Positions 1 through 7,721 of a stretch of 64,000 nucleotides of DNA are shown here, piece by piece. Where the stretch lies: positions 1,180 through 65,179 of the IMG/VR virus record IMGVR_UViG_3300020202_000075; one strand, 5' to 3'. The position numbers and the translations under genes were made by a program. The notes beneath the pieces are model-generated. The model did no database searches. It worked only from the letters and a program-made list of their open reading frames with translations, and was not told the DNA's origin. Position 1 is the stretch's first letter, and each line of letters starts with the position of its first letter. The DNA comes from a virus. Taxonomy: Duplodnaviria > Caudoviricetes.

Positions 1-1
1 G

Positions 2-169
2 AAGCGCCCTAGCGTGATCCTGGACCCGTACATGGGCAGCGGGAGCACGGGCATTGCCGCCGTCACGATGGGGCTGGAATTCGTCGGCGTAGAGGTCCAC
101 GAACCATATTTCAACGTCGCCTGTGAGCGCATCGAGCGGGCGCAACGTCAGGAACGGCTATTCGCATGA
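2..169 (+). CDS. DNA N6/N4 methyltransferase, C-terminal part (5'-truncated by window)
   Basis: Manual translation VILDPYMGSGSTGIAAVTMGLEFVGVEVHEPYFNVACERIERAQ; SAM-binding DPxxGSGT-like motif. Confidence 0.85.
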   Translation, partial: KRPSVILDPYMGSGSTGIAAVTMGLEFVGVEVHEPYFNVACERIERAQRQERLFA

Positions 170-375
170 GCCGCGAATTGGCATGGAGCCTCGGCATGCG
201 CGGGTACTGGATCAACCGCAGCGGCTCGCTGACGGTAACGTTCTACACGCCCGGCCTATGGGAGAGATTCGTTGAGGGCCTACTCCATGACCGGCAGTGG
301 GTAGCGTATGCCGCACCGCACCTAAGCCGTCCTTCCACACAGAACGTCCCTTTTCAACCAAGGAGTAAACGATGA
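166..375 (+). CDS. hypothetical early protein
   Basis: ATGA overlap with upstream stop and with downstream start. Confidence 0.55.
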   Translation: MSRELAWSLGMRGYWINRSGSLTVTFYTPGLWERFVEGLLHDRQWVAYAAPHLSRPSTQNVPFQPRSKR

Positions 376-692
376 ACGAAGCAGCCGCAGCATCTGACAT
401 AGCCAAGGCGTATGCCGCACAGGCGCAGCGCGAGAAACATTGGGAAGAATGCGATCCCGGCGAGAAGATCGAGCGCCTGCGTGACGAGGTAGCCCGCCTC
501 CTCCACCTGAACACGGCCCTGTCAGAGCTTGCCGAGCACCTGATGCAGCACCAGCACGGCAGCGACGGCGCGCTGCTCACCCCCATGCGGCACCCGCTGG
601 CGAATCGCGCTCAGTCCGCGATGATCGGCAGCGGCACGTTTTCTGGCCGCATCGGAAGCAGGATCGCCAACAAGTGGGAGCGCGGTTCCTAG
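372..692 (+). CDS. hypothetical coiled-coil early protein
   Basis: AGGAG RBS, 106 aa ORF. Confidence 0.7.
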   Translation: MNEAAAASDIAKAYAAQAQREKHWEECDPGEKIERLRDEVARLLHLNTALSELAEHLMQHQHGSDGALLTPMRHPLANRAQSAMIGSGTFSGRIGSRIANKWERGS

Positions 693-714
693 CCGTTGTA
701 CGTAGCATGTATAC

Positions 715-955
715 CGATTTCTGGACGCACCCCGGCGCAAGCCGAGAAGTCCATGCCGGCGGAGATGGTGCGGTACGACCCGGCCCCCGAGTGCAAGGGA
801 GTAAACGCGGCATGAGAAAGCCTGGAGCCAGAAGGTCCGTCCTAGCCGTCCGTGGGGCACCCGCAGATAAGAAAGCGGCCCCGGAGTACCACGGCGGCGG
901 GTTTGATGGACACGCACGGAACGGCTTGACACCCCGGAGAGACGGGGACGGACAT
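715..955 (+). ncRNA. candidate structured RNA (family unassigned)
   Basis: Nested complementary stems, GCAA tetraloop hairpin, CCCCG-GAGAGA-CGGGG hairpin in a gap of an otherwise tightly coupled operon. Confidence 0.45.
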
Positions 956-978
956 TGCATATCAAACAGCGAGGCCAA

Positions 979-1131
979 GTGAAACTGAACTGGCGAGAAA
1001 ACGAAACGCTGCGGCGCTGGTCGATGACGGATGCACCGTGGTGGCAGTTCTGGATGCCGCAGAGCGGGCCGCTTGGTGGGCTGATCGGTGGCTTCGTAAT
1101 CACGGTCGCGCTGATCGCTGTGTTTGGGTAA
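979..1131 (+). CDS. small membrane protein (50 aa, PWWQFW motif)
   Basis: GAGG RBS + GTG; manual translation, C-terminal hydrophobic helix. Confidence 0.6.
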   Translation: MKLNWRENETLRRWSMTDAPWWQFWMPQSGPLGGLIGGFVITVALIAVFG

Positions 1132-1158
1132 GCGCGACGACATACCGGAGCGTCCCTA

Positions 1159-1371
1159 ATGCGTGAATGGCTGGTGATCCAGAGCAGCATGAAGAACGCC
1201 GTGTTCGCCCCCGAGGAGGCGAAGAAAACCAAGGGCTACATCCCGCGTGACGTGGCCGAGAATCTTCTAGGGCGCAGCATGGAAGGAACCGTTTGGTTCA
1301 CGCGCGAGGAAGGCGAAGCGATGCGTGCTCACCCTGAATGGCGCGAACAGCTTGATGGAGATAACGGCTAA
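1159..1371 (+). CDS. hypothetical protein
   Basis: GGAG RBS, TAATG coupling to next gene. Confidence 0.65.
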   Translation: MREWLVIQSSMKNAVFAPEEAKKTKGYIPRDVAENLLGRSMEGTVWFTREEGEAMRAHPEWREQLDGDNG

Positions 1372-1655
1372 TGGCTCAATTCACGCATTCGCTTTGCGAG
1401 GAAGTCATCCGCACCAATGGCAAGTGCGGCTTGACCATGAACGAAACCGTGCAAATGGCGAAGCTGGCACTCCGGGCGCTCAAGAACGAGAACCCGCTAC
1501 TGCTCGATGCCATGCGCTACCGTTGGCTGCGTGAAGCTGCCGCCGACGTAGACATGAGCAATCTCCTGCGCGATGGTGGCGCGGAAATGGACGCCAACAT
1601 CGACGCCAGGATGGGCGGTAGTTCTGGACCTCAGCACGGCGAAGGAGGCAAGTGA
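1371..1655 (+). CDS. hypothetical protein with DAxRYRWLR phage motif
   Basis: LDAMRYRWLR is a common phage early-protein motif; coupled starts/stops. Confidence 0.7.
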   Translation: MAQFTHSLCEEVIRTNGKCGLTMNETVQMAKLALRALKNENPLLLDAMRYRWLREAAADVDMSNLLRDGGAEMDANIDARMGGSSGPQHGEGGK

Positions 1656-1879
1656 TGCCGCAATGCCCGAGAACGGGAAACTGGTGCATGACGTGCTACC
1701 TCGGCTGCATCTTCCAAGGTCAGCCATCACAGCCATACGTCGCGCCGAACATGGGCTGGCAATGTCCGAAGTGTGGCCGGTGCAATGCGCCGGTCGTCAT
1801 GCAATGCCCGTGCGGGCCGAACGTCACCAGCGCGGGTTCTTCGCTTACCGCCGCAGACAGCGAGGGGAAACCGAAATGA
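1652..1879 (+). CDS. Cys-rich zinc-finger-like protein
   Basis: GWQCPKCGRCNAP..QCPC. Confidence 0.65.
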   Translation: MMPQCPRTGNWCMTCYLGCIFQGQPSQPYVAPNMGWQCPKCGRCNAPVVMQCPCGPNVTSAGSSLTAADSEGKPK

Positions 1880-2064
1880 ACGTGAGGATGGAGTATCACC
1901 CACGCACTAACACGACGCTACAGCAGATCACCGTTCAAGGCGCGACCTACGTCTTGGCCGAGGAACTGAAACTGAAGAGCGGCAAGCGGTACATTGTGGA
2001 ACTGTGCGACGGCAACGCCATGCTGTACGAGCTTGTCGCCAAGACCCCGGCGATAGAACGATGA
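1876..2064 (+). CDS. hypothetical protein
   Basis: GAGGGG RBS, ATGA overlaps at both ends. Confidence 0.6.
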   Translation: MNVRMEYHPRTNTTLQQITVQGATYVLAEELKLKSGKRYIVELCDGNAMLYELVAKTPAIER

Positions 2065-2228
2065 GCAGTGCTCTGGAGACGGCGAAGGAGTGCGCGAAGT
2101 GGGTAGGCGCGGTGCTTGGCGTTCTTCTAATGATCGTCATCGCGCCGCTGGTGCTGATCTGGAAAATCTTCGGGCCGATGGTCATCGACATGAAGAAGGT
2201 CATCGACGGCGAGATGGACCTGTGGTGA
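2061..2228 (+). CDS. small membrane protein
   Basis: One hydrophobic segment; coupled. Confidence 0.55.
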   Translation: MSSALETAKECAKWVGAVLGVLLMIVIAPLVLIWKIFGPMVIDMKKVIDGEMDLW

Positions 2229-2446
2229 TGGACCGTGCCCTGAAGCGCGCTAGGGACCGCGTGTTCCGGGCCGCGCTGGCCTGCGTCAACAAAAAGGGGC
2301 ACGCATTCCTGTTCGCCCGTCAGGACGTGAACCTCTACGTCATTGACCGCGCCAAGTTTCAGCGCCTTGAGGAAGCCGTTTCCAAGTACCGAGAGGCCCT
2401 GAAGAAATGGCCTCGCCGTTCCTCAAACACTGCTCGGGGAAAATGA
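2228..2446 (+). CDS. hypothetical protein (MDRALK...)
   Basis: TGATG coupling; start sequence shared with 48537. Confidence 0.6.
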   Translation: MDRALKRARDRVFRAALACVNKKGHAFLFARQDVNLYVIDRAKFQRLEEAVSKYREALKKWPRRSSNTARGK

Positions 2447-2886
2447 GCGAACTGCTCCTCGCCGGAAAGGACTACTTCACCGAGGAGGAAGCGGCGGCTT
2501 ACTGCTGCGTGTCCGCTGACAAGTTCTTTGTCGTGGCTGGGGCGTATGGGCTAACCGGCCCCAAGTACAGCCGGGAGGATCTGCGCGGCGCTATCGAGGA
2601 AGCATTCGCCAACCCAGCCGCCCACAGGCAGCGCATCGCGGATTTCTTGCCACGCGACTACGGCATAGCCAAGGCCATTCGCACCCCCGCTTGGGCAGAC
2701 CGGAAAGCCATAGCGGCGGTCTACAAGGCGGCAAGGCAGTTAACCAAGGCGACAGGCATCAAGTACGCCGTAGACCACATCATCCCTCTACGTGGGTCCA
2801 AGGTTAGCGGCCTGCACGTCCACAACAACCTGCAAGTCATCACTGCCTCCGCGAACAGCGCGAAGCACAACAAGTACCAGCCGTGA
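2443..2886 (+). CDS. excisionase-type HTH fused to HNH endonuclease
   Basis: YFTEEEAAAYCCVS HTH-like N-terminus; RTPAWAD...VDHIIPL..GLHVHNNLQVI..N..KHN HNH. Confidence 0.8.
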   Translation: MSELLLAGKDYFTEEEAAAYCCVSADKFFVVAGAYGLTGPKYSREDLRGAIEEAFANPAAHRQRIADFLPRDYGIAKAIRTPAWADRKAIAAVYKAARQLTKATGIKYAVDHIIPLRGSKVSGLHVHNNLQVITASANSAKHNKYQP

Positions 2887-3116
2887 TCCCAAAGGAGTTC
2901 TTCACGCCGGAAGAGCTTGCCGAGCTGCTAGGAACCCCGCAGCCCAAGCGCCAGCGTGAACTCCTGACCGAAGCCGGGGTTCCGTTCGTACCCTCAGTCT
3001 CGGGCTACCCGAGGGTCTACCGCGACAAGTTGCTCCCCCAAGCCAAAACTGCACAGAATGACGTTTTCGACTTCGCAGCCATTGCCCGCAGGCCGTCCAA
3101 AGCAGCCAGCAAATAG
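2883..3116 (+). CDS. xis: excisionase (DUF4224-like)
   Basis: FFTPEELAELLG..Q...L...GVPF; directly upstream of integrase. Confidence 0.7.
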   Translation: MIPKEFFTPEELAELLGTPQPKRQRELLTEAGVPFVPSVSGYPRVYRDKLLPQAKTAQNDVFDFAAIARRPSKAASK

Positions 3117-4098
3117 AGACCTGATGCCGCGCATGAAGCGGCGCGAGTCAGGCGATGGCTACCTCTATTACTACATACACGGCGACGGCTACCAAGAGCC
3201 TCTAGGAGGCGATTTCAAGGCCGCCGTGGAGAAATGGAAGCTTCTCCACTATCCAGGCGAGGACGACGCTCCTAACGGCTTCAGGAAGCTATCTGAGGCA
3301 TGGGAAAAGTCCGCTACCTTCGCCGCTCTATCCCCTAAGACGCAGTACGAATACGGCTTGGCGATGGAGCGTTGGCGCGACGTGTTCAAGTCCGCCCCTC
3401 TAGAGCGCATCGGGCATGCGTCGCTAGTGGCAACCAAGCGGCAGATGAAAGCCGCGCCAACCCAGTTCAAGCGATTCAAGTCCGCCCTGTCCTCTTTCTG
3501 GTCGTGGGCTGTGGATGAGGAGGAGTTGACCGACGTTCCTAACCCCTGCCTTGGAGTTAAGGGCTACAAGACCAAGAAGCGGGGGAAGGTGAAGGTGGCA
3601 GACTGGATGTACTACGCCGTCTATGACGAGGCCGAGCAACCGTTGAAGGACTGGATGGATCTAGGCGTCGTCTGCGGCCCGAGGGTCATGGACTGCTGCA
3701 AGCTCCAGATCACCCACATCGAGCACGGCAAGCTTCACGTCAAGCATGGCAAGAAGGACACAGGGACGGTACTCCCCATCGAGGGCGACCTGAAACTCGT
3801 CATCGACCGCCTGAAGGCCCGCAAGGTGTCGAGTGTTTACCTAGTAGCCGACGAAGCAGGCCAGCCCCTTACCTATGGCCGACTGCGGGAAATGTTCGAT
3901 GAGGCGATGGAGCGGGCGCTGAAGAAGAACCCCGAGATGCCGCGCTGGCAGAGGAGGGATCTGCGCGGCAAGAACGCCACCGACGCTGACACTTTACAGG
4001 AGGCTCAAGAGCGGCTTGGGCATGACGACTCACGGACCACCGCCGCCTTCTATCGGCAGGCCATGAAAGCGAAGCCCGGGAGGCTTCCGAAGCGCTGA
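3058..4098 (+). CDS. int: tyrosine integrase 1
   Basis: Catalytic R (GPR), RDLR box, LGH and C-terminal Y; next to att core; start may be 3124. Confidence 0.92.
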   Translation: MTFSTSQPLPAGRPKQPANRDLMPRMKRRESGDGYLYYYIHGDGYQEPLGGDFKAAVEKWKLLHYPGEDDAPNGFRKLSEAWEKSATFAALSPKTQYEYGLAMERWRDVFKSAPLERIGHASLVATKRQMKAAPTQFKRFKSALSSFWSWAVDEEELTDVPNPCLGVKGYKTKKRGKVKVADWMYYAVYDEAEQPLKDWMDLGVVCGPRVMDCCKLQITHIEHGKLHVKHGKKDTGTVLPIEGDLKLVIDRLKARKVSSVYLVADEAGQPLTYGRLREMFDEAMERALKKNPEMPRWQRRDLRGKNATDADTLQEAQERLGHDDSRTTAAFYRQAMKAKPGRLPKR

Positions 4099-4302
4099 AT
4101 TTTGGACGCCGTCCTAAATATGGACGGAGCATTCAGCGTAAGTGCTTGATTATGGTGCTGCTGGCCTGACTCGAACAGGCGACCTACTGATTACGAATTA
4201 TGGTCGGCTTTGTTTGTCGTCAATGCGATAGGCGATTTACGTCCATAAAGGCGCGGCTTCTAAGGCATTGAAACGCATAGATGCCGAAGCGAATTTTGGA
4301 CG
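4097..4302. other. attP region of phage 1 (arm repeats, IHF site, core)
   Basis: GAATTTTGGACG at 4097-4108 and 4291-4302, variants at 4116-4126 and inverted 4240-4249; IHF consensus on - strand 4139-4151. Confidence 0.8.
4153..4197 (-). repeat. att core = 3' half of tRNA-Thr(CGT)
   Basis: Reverse complement ATTCGTAATCAGTAGGTCGCCTGTTCGAGTCAGGCCAGCAGCACCA: anticodon loop, T-arm, CCA; 5' half absent. Confidence 0.9.
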
Positions 4303-4373
4303 GCCCCAAACCGTGGATGATCGGCCCCTTTGTTGCAAACTATGTGCGGTGCTTGCAACAAGCGGCGCAACAA

Positions 4374-4880
4374 TCAGCGCTTCGCCAGCATCGCGTCCTT
4401 ATTCTGACTCCCTGCGCTGGACCCGAAGAAGAATTGAATGATCGCGCCCCAAGCCGTACCGAGCGCGCCCAGCATCACCAGCAGGGCCTCGGAATTAGAG
4501 GTTTTCAGGTGGCCGGTAAGCATCCCGACCAGTATCCCGAAAAACCCGATGGTCACTAGGATAGCCAGCACCGCCGGAATCTTGCTGCGTGTATCGGCCT
4601 GCATCTTCCTAGCTGAGTCCCGGTCCCCGGCATGGATCTTCTCTAGGTCGATATCCAGCTCGCGCAACTTCACCGTGAACGCCTGCTCGGCCTGCTTGGC
4701 AGCGATGATCTGATCCCCGGTCAGGGAACCACCCTTAAAAGCCTCCTCAATGGCGTCCTGGGTGGGCTTCTCGATGCCGAGGGCCTTACCCAGCACTTCT
4801 ACGGCTAGCCCTCCTACGGGGCCTGCAAGGGCCGTGGCGATGGTCGGGGCAATGCCTCTGAGTAGATCGGTGAGTTTCAT
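4374..4880 (-). CDS. holin-like membrane protein (3TM type)
   Basis: IAPTIATALAGP N-terminus, DRDSARKMQ, two TM helices, FFFGSS C-terminus; next to lysozyme. Confidence 0.75.
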   Translation of the reverse strand: MKLTDLLRGIAPTIATALAGPVGGLAVEVLGKALGIEKPTQDAIEEAFKGGSLTGDQIIAAKQAEQAFTVKLRELDIDLEKIHAGDRDSARKMQADTRSKIPAVLAILVTIGFFGILVGMLTGHLKTSNSEALLVMLGALGTAWGAIIQFFFGSSAGSQNKDAMLAKR

Positions 4881-4996
4881 GGTTGTACTAGCTTCCTTTG
4901 TTGTTACGTATAACTCTCATTTCCGGGCACCGCAGGCGCAGACCCTCCAAGGTCTACCGCCGTAGTAGGTTTTTACCCACCACGAATGCCGATGCT

Positions 4997-5419
4997 TCAT
5001 CCCTTCTCCATCTTCGCGGCGAGCCGTTCAACCCTCTTCGGGGCTTGCGTGTACCACTTGCTGTTCCGCATCTCAGCGGCGGCGGCAGCGTAGTTGCCAG
5101 CCTCCAGCGCTGCCTTGAGCTTCTTGAACGCCGATAGACCGTCCCTGAAGATGTGCGCCATATTGAGTAGCACCGCCTTGCGCTCGTCCGTCAGGGAGTC
5201 GAAGCCGGGGAAGAACACCTTGGCAGCGGTTTCGTTCCGCACCATGTCGTTTTCCAGCAGGACGTTGATCTCGTAAGGGCTCAGTCCTCCACCCTTGCGC
5301 TTGTCGATTAGCCTGCCGACCCCGATAGTCCAGTAACCCTCGGAATCCGGGTAGGCATATGGAACGATCCCCTCGTCAATCTTCAACTGCTCGCGGGCAA
5401 TGTCGCGGTAGTTACCCAT
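4997..5419 (-). CDS. T4-like lysozyme (GH24) endolysin
   Basis: DEG-x-YPDSEGYWTIGVG (E-D-T triad), SKWYTQAPKRVERL. Confidence 0.92.
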   Translation of the reverse strand: MGNYRDIAREQLKIDEGIVPYAYPDSEGYWTIGVGRLIDKRKGGGLSPYEINVLLENDMVRNETAAKVFFPGFDSLTDERKAVLLNMAHIFRDGLSAFKKLKAALEAGNYAAAAAEMRNSKWYTQAPKRVERLAAKMEKG

Positions 5420-5732
5420 TGGACAGCGGCTTGAATATCTGCACCGGCATAGGTGCTACAGACTTATCCGAGAAGTAACCCACGATCACCCCGGCGTGCT
5501 CAAAGAACAGGAAGCACCCCTCGAATGTCTTTCCGCCCTCCTGCCAAGTAGCCCTGTAGGGAAGGTTTGCCACCGCATCGAGTTTGCAGGGCTCGTCGTA
5601 GAGCGTGATCGTTATCCCCTCTACATTCGCCACGTAGCGGGGGGCGGCATTCGCCGTTCCCGAATATAGAACGATCGTTCCAACCATTAGCACGACCACC
5701 AGCAGCAACATCCCTACGTTCCACCTGTTCAT
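5412..5732 (-). CDS. secreted protein in lysis cassette
   Basis: Signal peptide ending ANA-AP; homolog at 51159-51527. Confidence 0.75.
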   Translation of the reverse strand: MNRWNVGMLLLVVVLMVGTIVLYSGTANAAPRYVANVEGITITLYDEPCKLDAVANLPYRATWQEGGKTFEGCFLFFEHAGVIVGYFSDKSVAPMPVQIFKPLSNG

Positions 5733-5926
5733 GGCGCTACCTCTTCTTGTCGTGACTGCAAATCGTGTATTCGGTGAATCAGCTCTTCCGAAACCTTGTT
5801 GATCCGCGCAACCGTCCTCGCCAGTTCGCTCAACCGGCCATCGCGCATGTAAACCTGCAGCGCGTCGCCTAATTTGCGTAACTCCACGCAGCGCTCATTG
5901 ACGTAAATGTCATTCAGGGTGCTCAT
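5729..5926 (-). CDS. small helical protein
   Basis: ATGA coupling; positional and sequence counterpart at 51524-51736. Confidence 0.65.
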   Translation of the reverse strand: MSTLNDIYVNERCVELRKLGDALQVYMRDGRLSELARTVARINKVSEELIHRIHDLQSRQEEVAP

Positions 5927-7035
5927 ACCGCCGCCACGAACCTTTGCTGCCCAGGCTGTAGCCTTGGCGTTATCGAACGATTGCTCCTGAACCACGTACC
6001 GCAGTCGGAACACTGATAGCGCTGGTACTTCAGCACTTGCGCCCGGTGGTCCCCGTCCCTCACGTAATCAAACGACCCGCAAGAGGGACACACAGGATCG
6101 TTGTTGCTCGCCCCCCTGTTGGGATGGCCCTTGATCCAAGGGAGAAGTCTTTTGTAAAGCTGCTCCAGCAGTTCAACGTCGCGGCGGTTGTAGGCTTCCA
6201 TCTTCGCCCATGCCTCCGCGTTGTCCCTCATGCACTCAAGCCATAACTCAGGCCCTTCGTGCCTTAGCTTCCCGCCGATCTCCAGCGTCTTGCAGATGTA
6301 GTCGAGCTTGTTCGAGGGAAAGAGGAACGTCTGCCACATGGTTTTCAGCAGATCGACTTGCTTGTAAGGCGAGGGTGGTTTCAGCCCGTGGACGAGAAAT
6401 TCCTTGTTGAGCGTTGGGATGTCGAACTTCTGCCCGTTGTAGTGGACTACCGCGTGAGCTTCCGAGAGAAGCTTCTGCATCGGCTGGAGAAGCTTCCTGT
6501 GGTTCTTGTCGGTCAGCCGGTGGAAGATGACTTCCTTGCTCCCTAACCACTTCGCCGTCCAGCAAAGGACGTGTCCGTTGGCATCGATGAAGTCGGGGTT
6601 GATGTTCTGCTTGTAAACAGCACCCCAGAAGTAAGCCCTGTTAGGCGCAGTCTCTATGTCCAGCAGGAGAATCTTCGACTCGTCGCCAATGACTCCAGCG
6701 GCCTGCAGGAACTCCGTCCACGTAGCCCAATGGGTTTTCCACTTAGACCCAACGGAACTGTGCTTGTAGAAGTTCTCCCGAGAAGGAAGCGCTTTGTGGT
6801 CCGCGATCCACTTCTTCAACCCGTCTATGCAATCCTGCTGGGAGAGAAGCGGCTTTCGGTAGGTCCGTCTGCCGTGAGACAGGAGCCACCGGGAAAGCGT
6901 GCCGGGGGACATGCCGAGAGATTGCGCCGCTTTGGTCACTGAGCCCGTAGGATGCAGGGGAGATCTGCTGTCCTCGAAAGCCTTGAGCCTGCGCTTTTCT
7001 TCCGCCAGCGTTACCTGATTAGGCTTGCGCTTCAC
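5923..7035 (-). CDS. HTH + DEDD/RNase H-like 3'-5' exonuclease + Zn ribbon
   Basis: SVTKAAQSLGMSPGTLSRW HTH; LLDIET, YNGQKFDIP, YNRRDV; CPSC...CSDC. Confidence 0.85.
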   Translation of the reverse strand: MKRKPNQVTLAEEKRRLKAFEDSRSPLHPTGSVTKAAQSLGMSPGTLSRWLLSHGRRTYRKPLLSQQDCIDGLKKWIADHKALPSRENFYKHSSVGSKWKTHWATWTEFLQAAGVIGDESKILLLDIETAPNRAYFWGAVYKQNINPDFIDANGHVLCWTAKWLGSKEVIFHRLTDKNHRKLLQPMQKLLSEAHAVVHYNGQKFDIPTLNKEFLVHGLKPPSPYKQVDLLKTMWQTFLFPSNKLDYICKTLEIGGKLRHEGPELWLECMRDNAEAWAKMEAYNRRDVELLEQLYKRLLPWIKGHPNRGASNNDPVCPSCGSFDYVRDGDHRAQVLKYQRYQCSDCGTWFRSNRSITPRLQPGQQRFVAAV

Positions 7036-7361
7036 GTCTTAGCCCTCAGATAGCGGACGAGCGAGGGATTTTCCTTCATGACTGCCAGGAGTCCCGTTGC
7101 GAGCCCCTGCACCCACTGTTCCTCGGTGCCGCGCTTGTTGATCGCCCCATCCACGCCCATCTGAAAGCAGATGGCATGTATGCATTCATGGAGCAACGTG
7201 TCTTGATCGTTGCCTAAAGACCTACCAGCAAGGATGGAGATAACGTGCTTGTCGTTGTCGCACTCCCCGTAGTCACCATCTTCAAACCCCTGCGCCCGCT
7301 CGGTGACTACCCTTACCTTGTAGACCTTCCCGAGGATTTTTATTCTTGTCGGGCGCTTCAT
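7032..7361 (-). CDS. HEXXH zinc metallopeptidase-like protein
   Basis: DTLLHECIHAI...EEQWV. Confidence 0.8.
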   Translation of the reverse strand: MKRPTRIKILGKVYKVRVVTERAQGFEDGDYGECDNDKHVISILAGRSLGNDQDTLLHECIHAICFQMGVDGAINKRGTEEQWVQGLATGLLAVMKENPSLVRYLRAKT

Positions 7362-7529
7362 CTAGTGAACCGGCTCCCCGGCCCTCTCTCTCGCTAACAA
7401 GAGAGCACCGAACATCGCCATGTAGATTTCGACTACCGTTTCCTCTACGCCCAACTCACGGATTTCGGACTCCTGCCAAGCTAGGACACCCTGCTTGACC
7501 ATCTCGGGGAGGATTACGACTTCGCTCAC
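7362..7529 (-). CDS. small hypothetical protein
   Basis: GTG overlapping upstream TGA; 55 aa. Confidence 0.55.
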   Translation of the reverse strand: MSEVVILPEMVKQGVLAWQESEIRELGVEETVVEIYMAMFGALLLARERAGEPVH

Positions 7530-7699
7530 GCGCGACCCGTCCACCGCTTCACGGTTTCTGTTTCCCAAATACGGATGCCGGTCCAGATGATCGTAAAGAG
7601 CGCCGCGATGGCAGGAAGCCACCCAGCGACGGTTGCGATTGCCGTGCTTACCGAGAGCGCGTCGGCAACGTGCTTGAGCTGTTCCTGATTGGCGGACAT
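7526..7699 (-). CDS. small holin-like membrane protein (57 aa)
   Basis: Manual translation MSANQEQLKHVADALSVSTAIATVAGWLPAIAALFTIIWTGIRIWETETVK. Confidence 0.7.
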   Translation of the reverse strand: MSANQEQLKHVADALSVSTAIATVAGWLPAIAALFTIIWTGIRIWETETVKRWTGRA

Positions 7700-7721
7700 T
7701 TAGTATGTCTCTTGTTGTTGG

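Noticed and set aside
327-342. LexA SOS box (CCGT-N8-ACAG)
   Set aside because: Mismatch in the CTGT half-site, non-AT-rich spacer, no promoter; treated as a boundary repeat
348-354. Slippery CCCTTTT near the end of ORF 166-375
   Set aside because: No downstream stimulatory hairpin, and the next gene has its own RBS
674-982. 102-aa protein-coding ORF
   Set aside because: Low-complexity translation and no clear RBS; extensive base-pairing explains the region better, though coding is not fully excluded
4153-4197. Functional tRNA-Thr gene
   Set aside because: Only the anticodon loop to CCA is present; it is an att core
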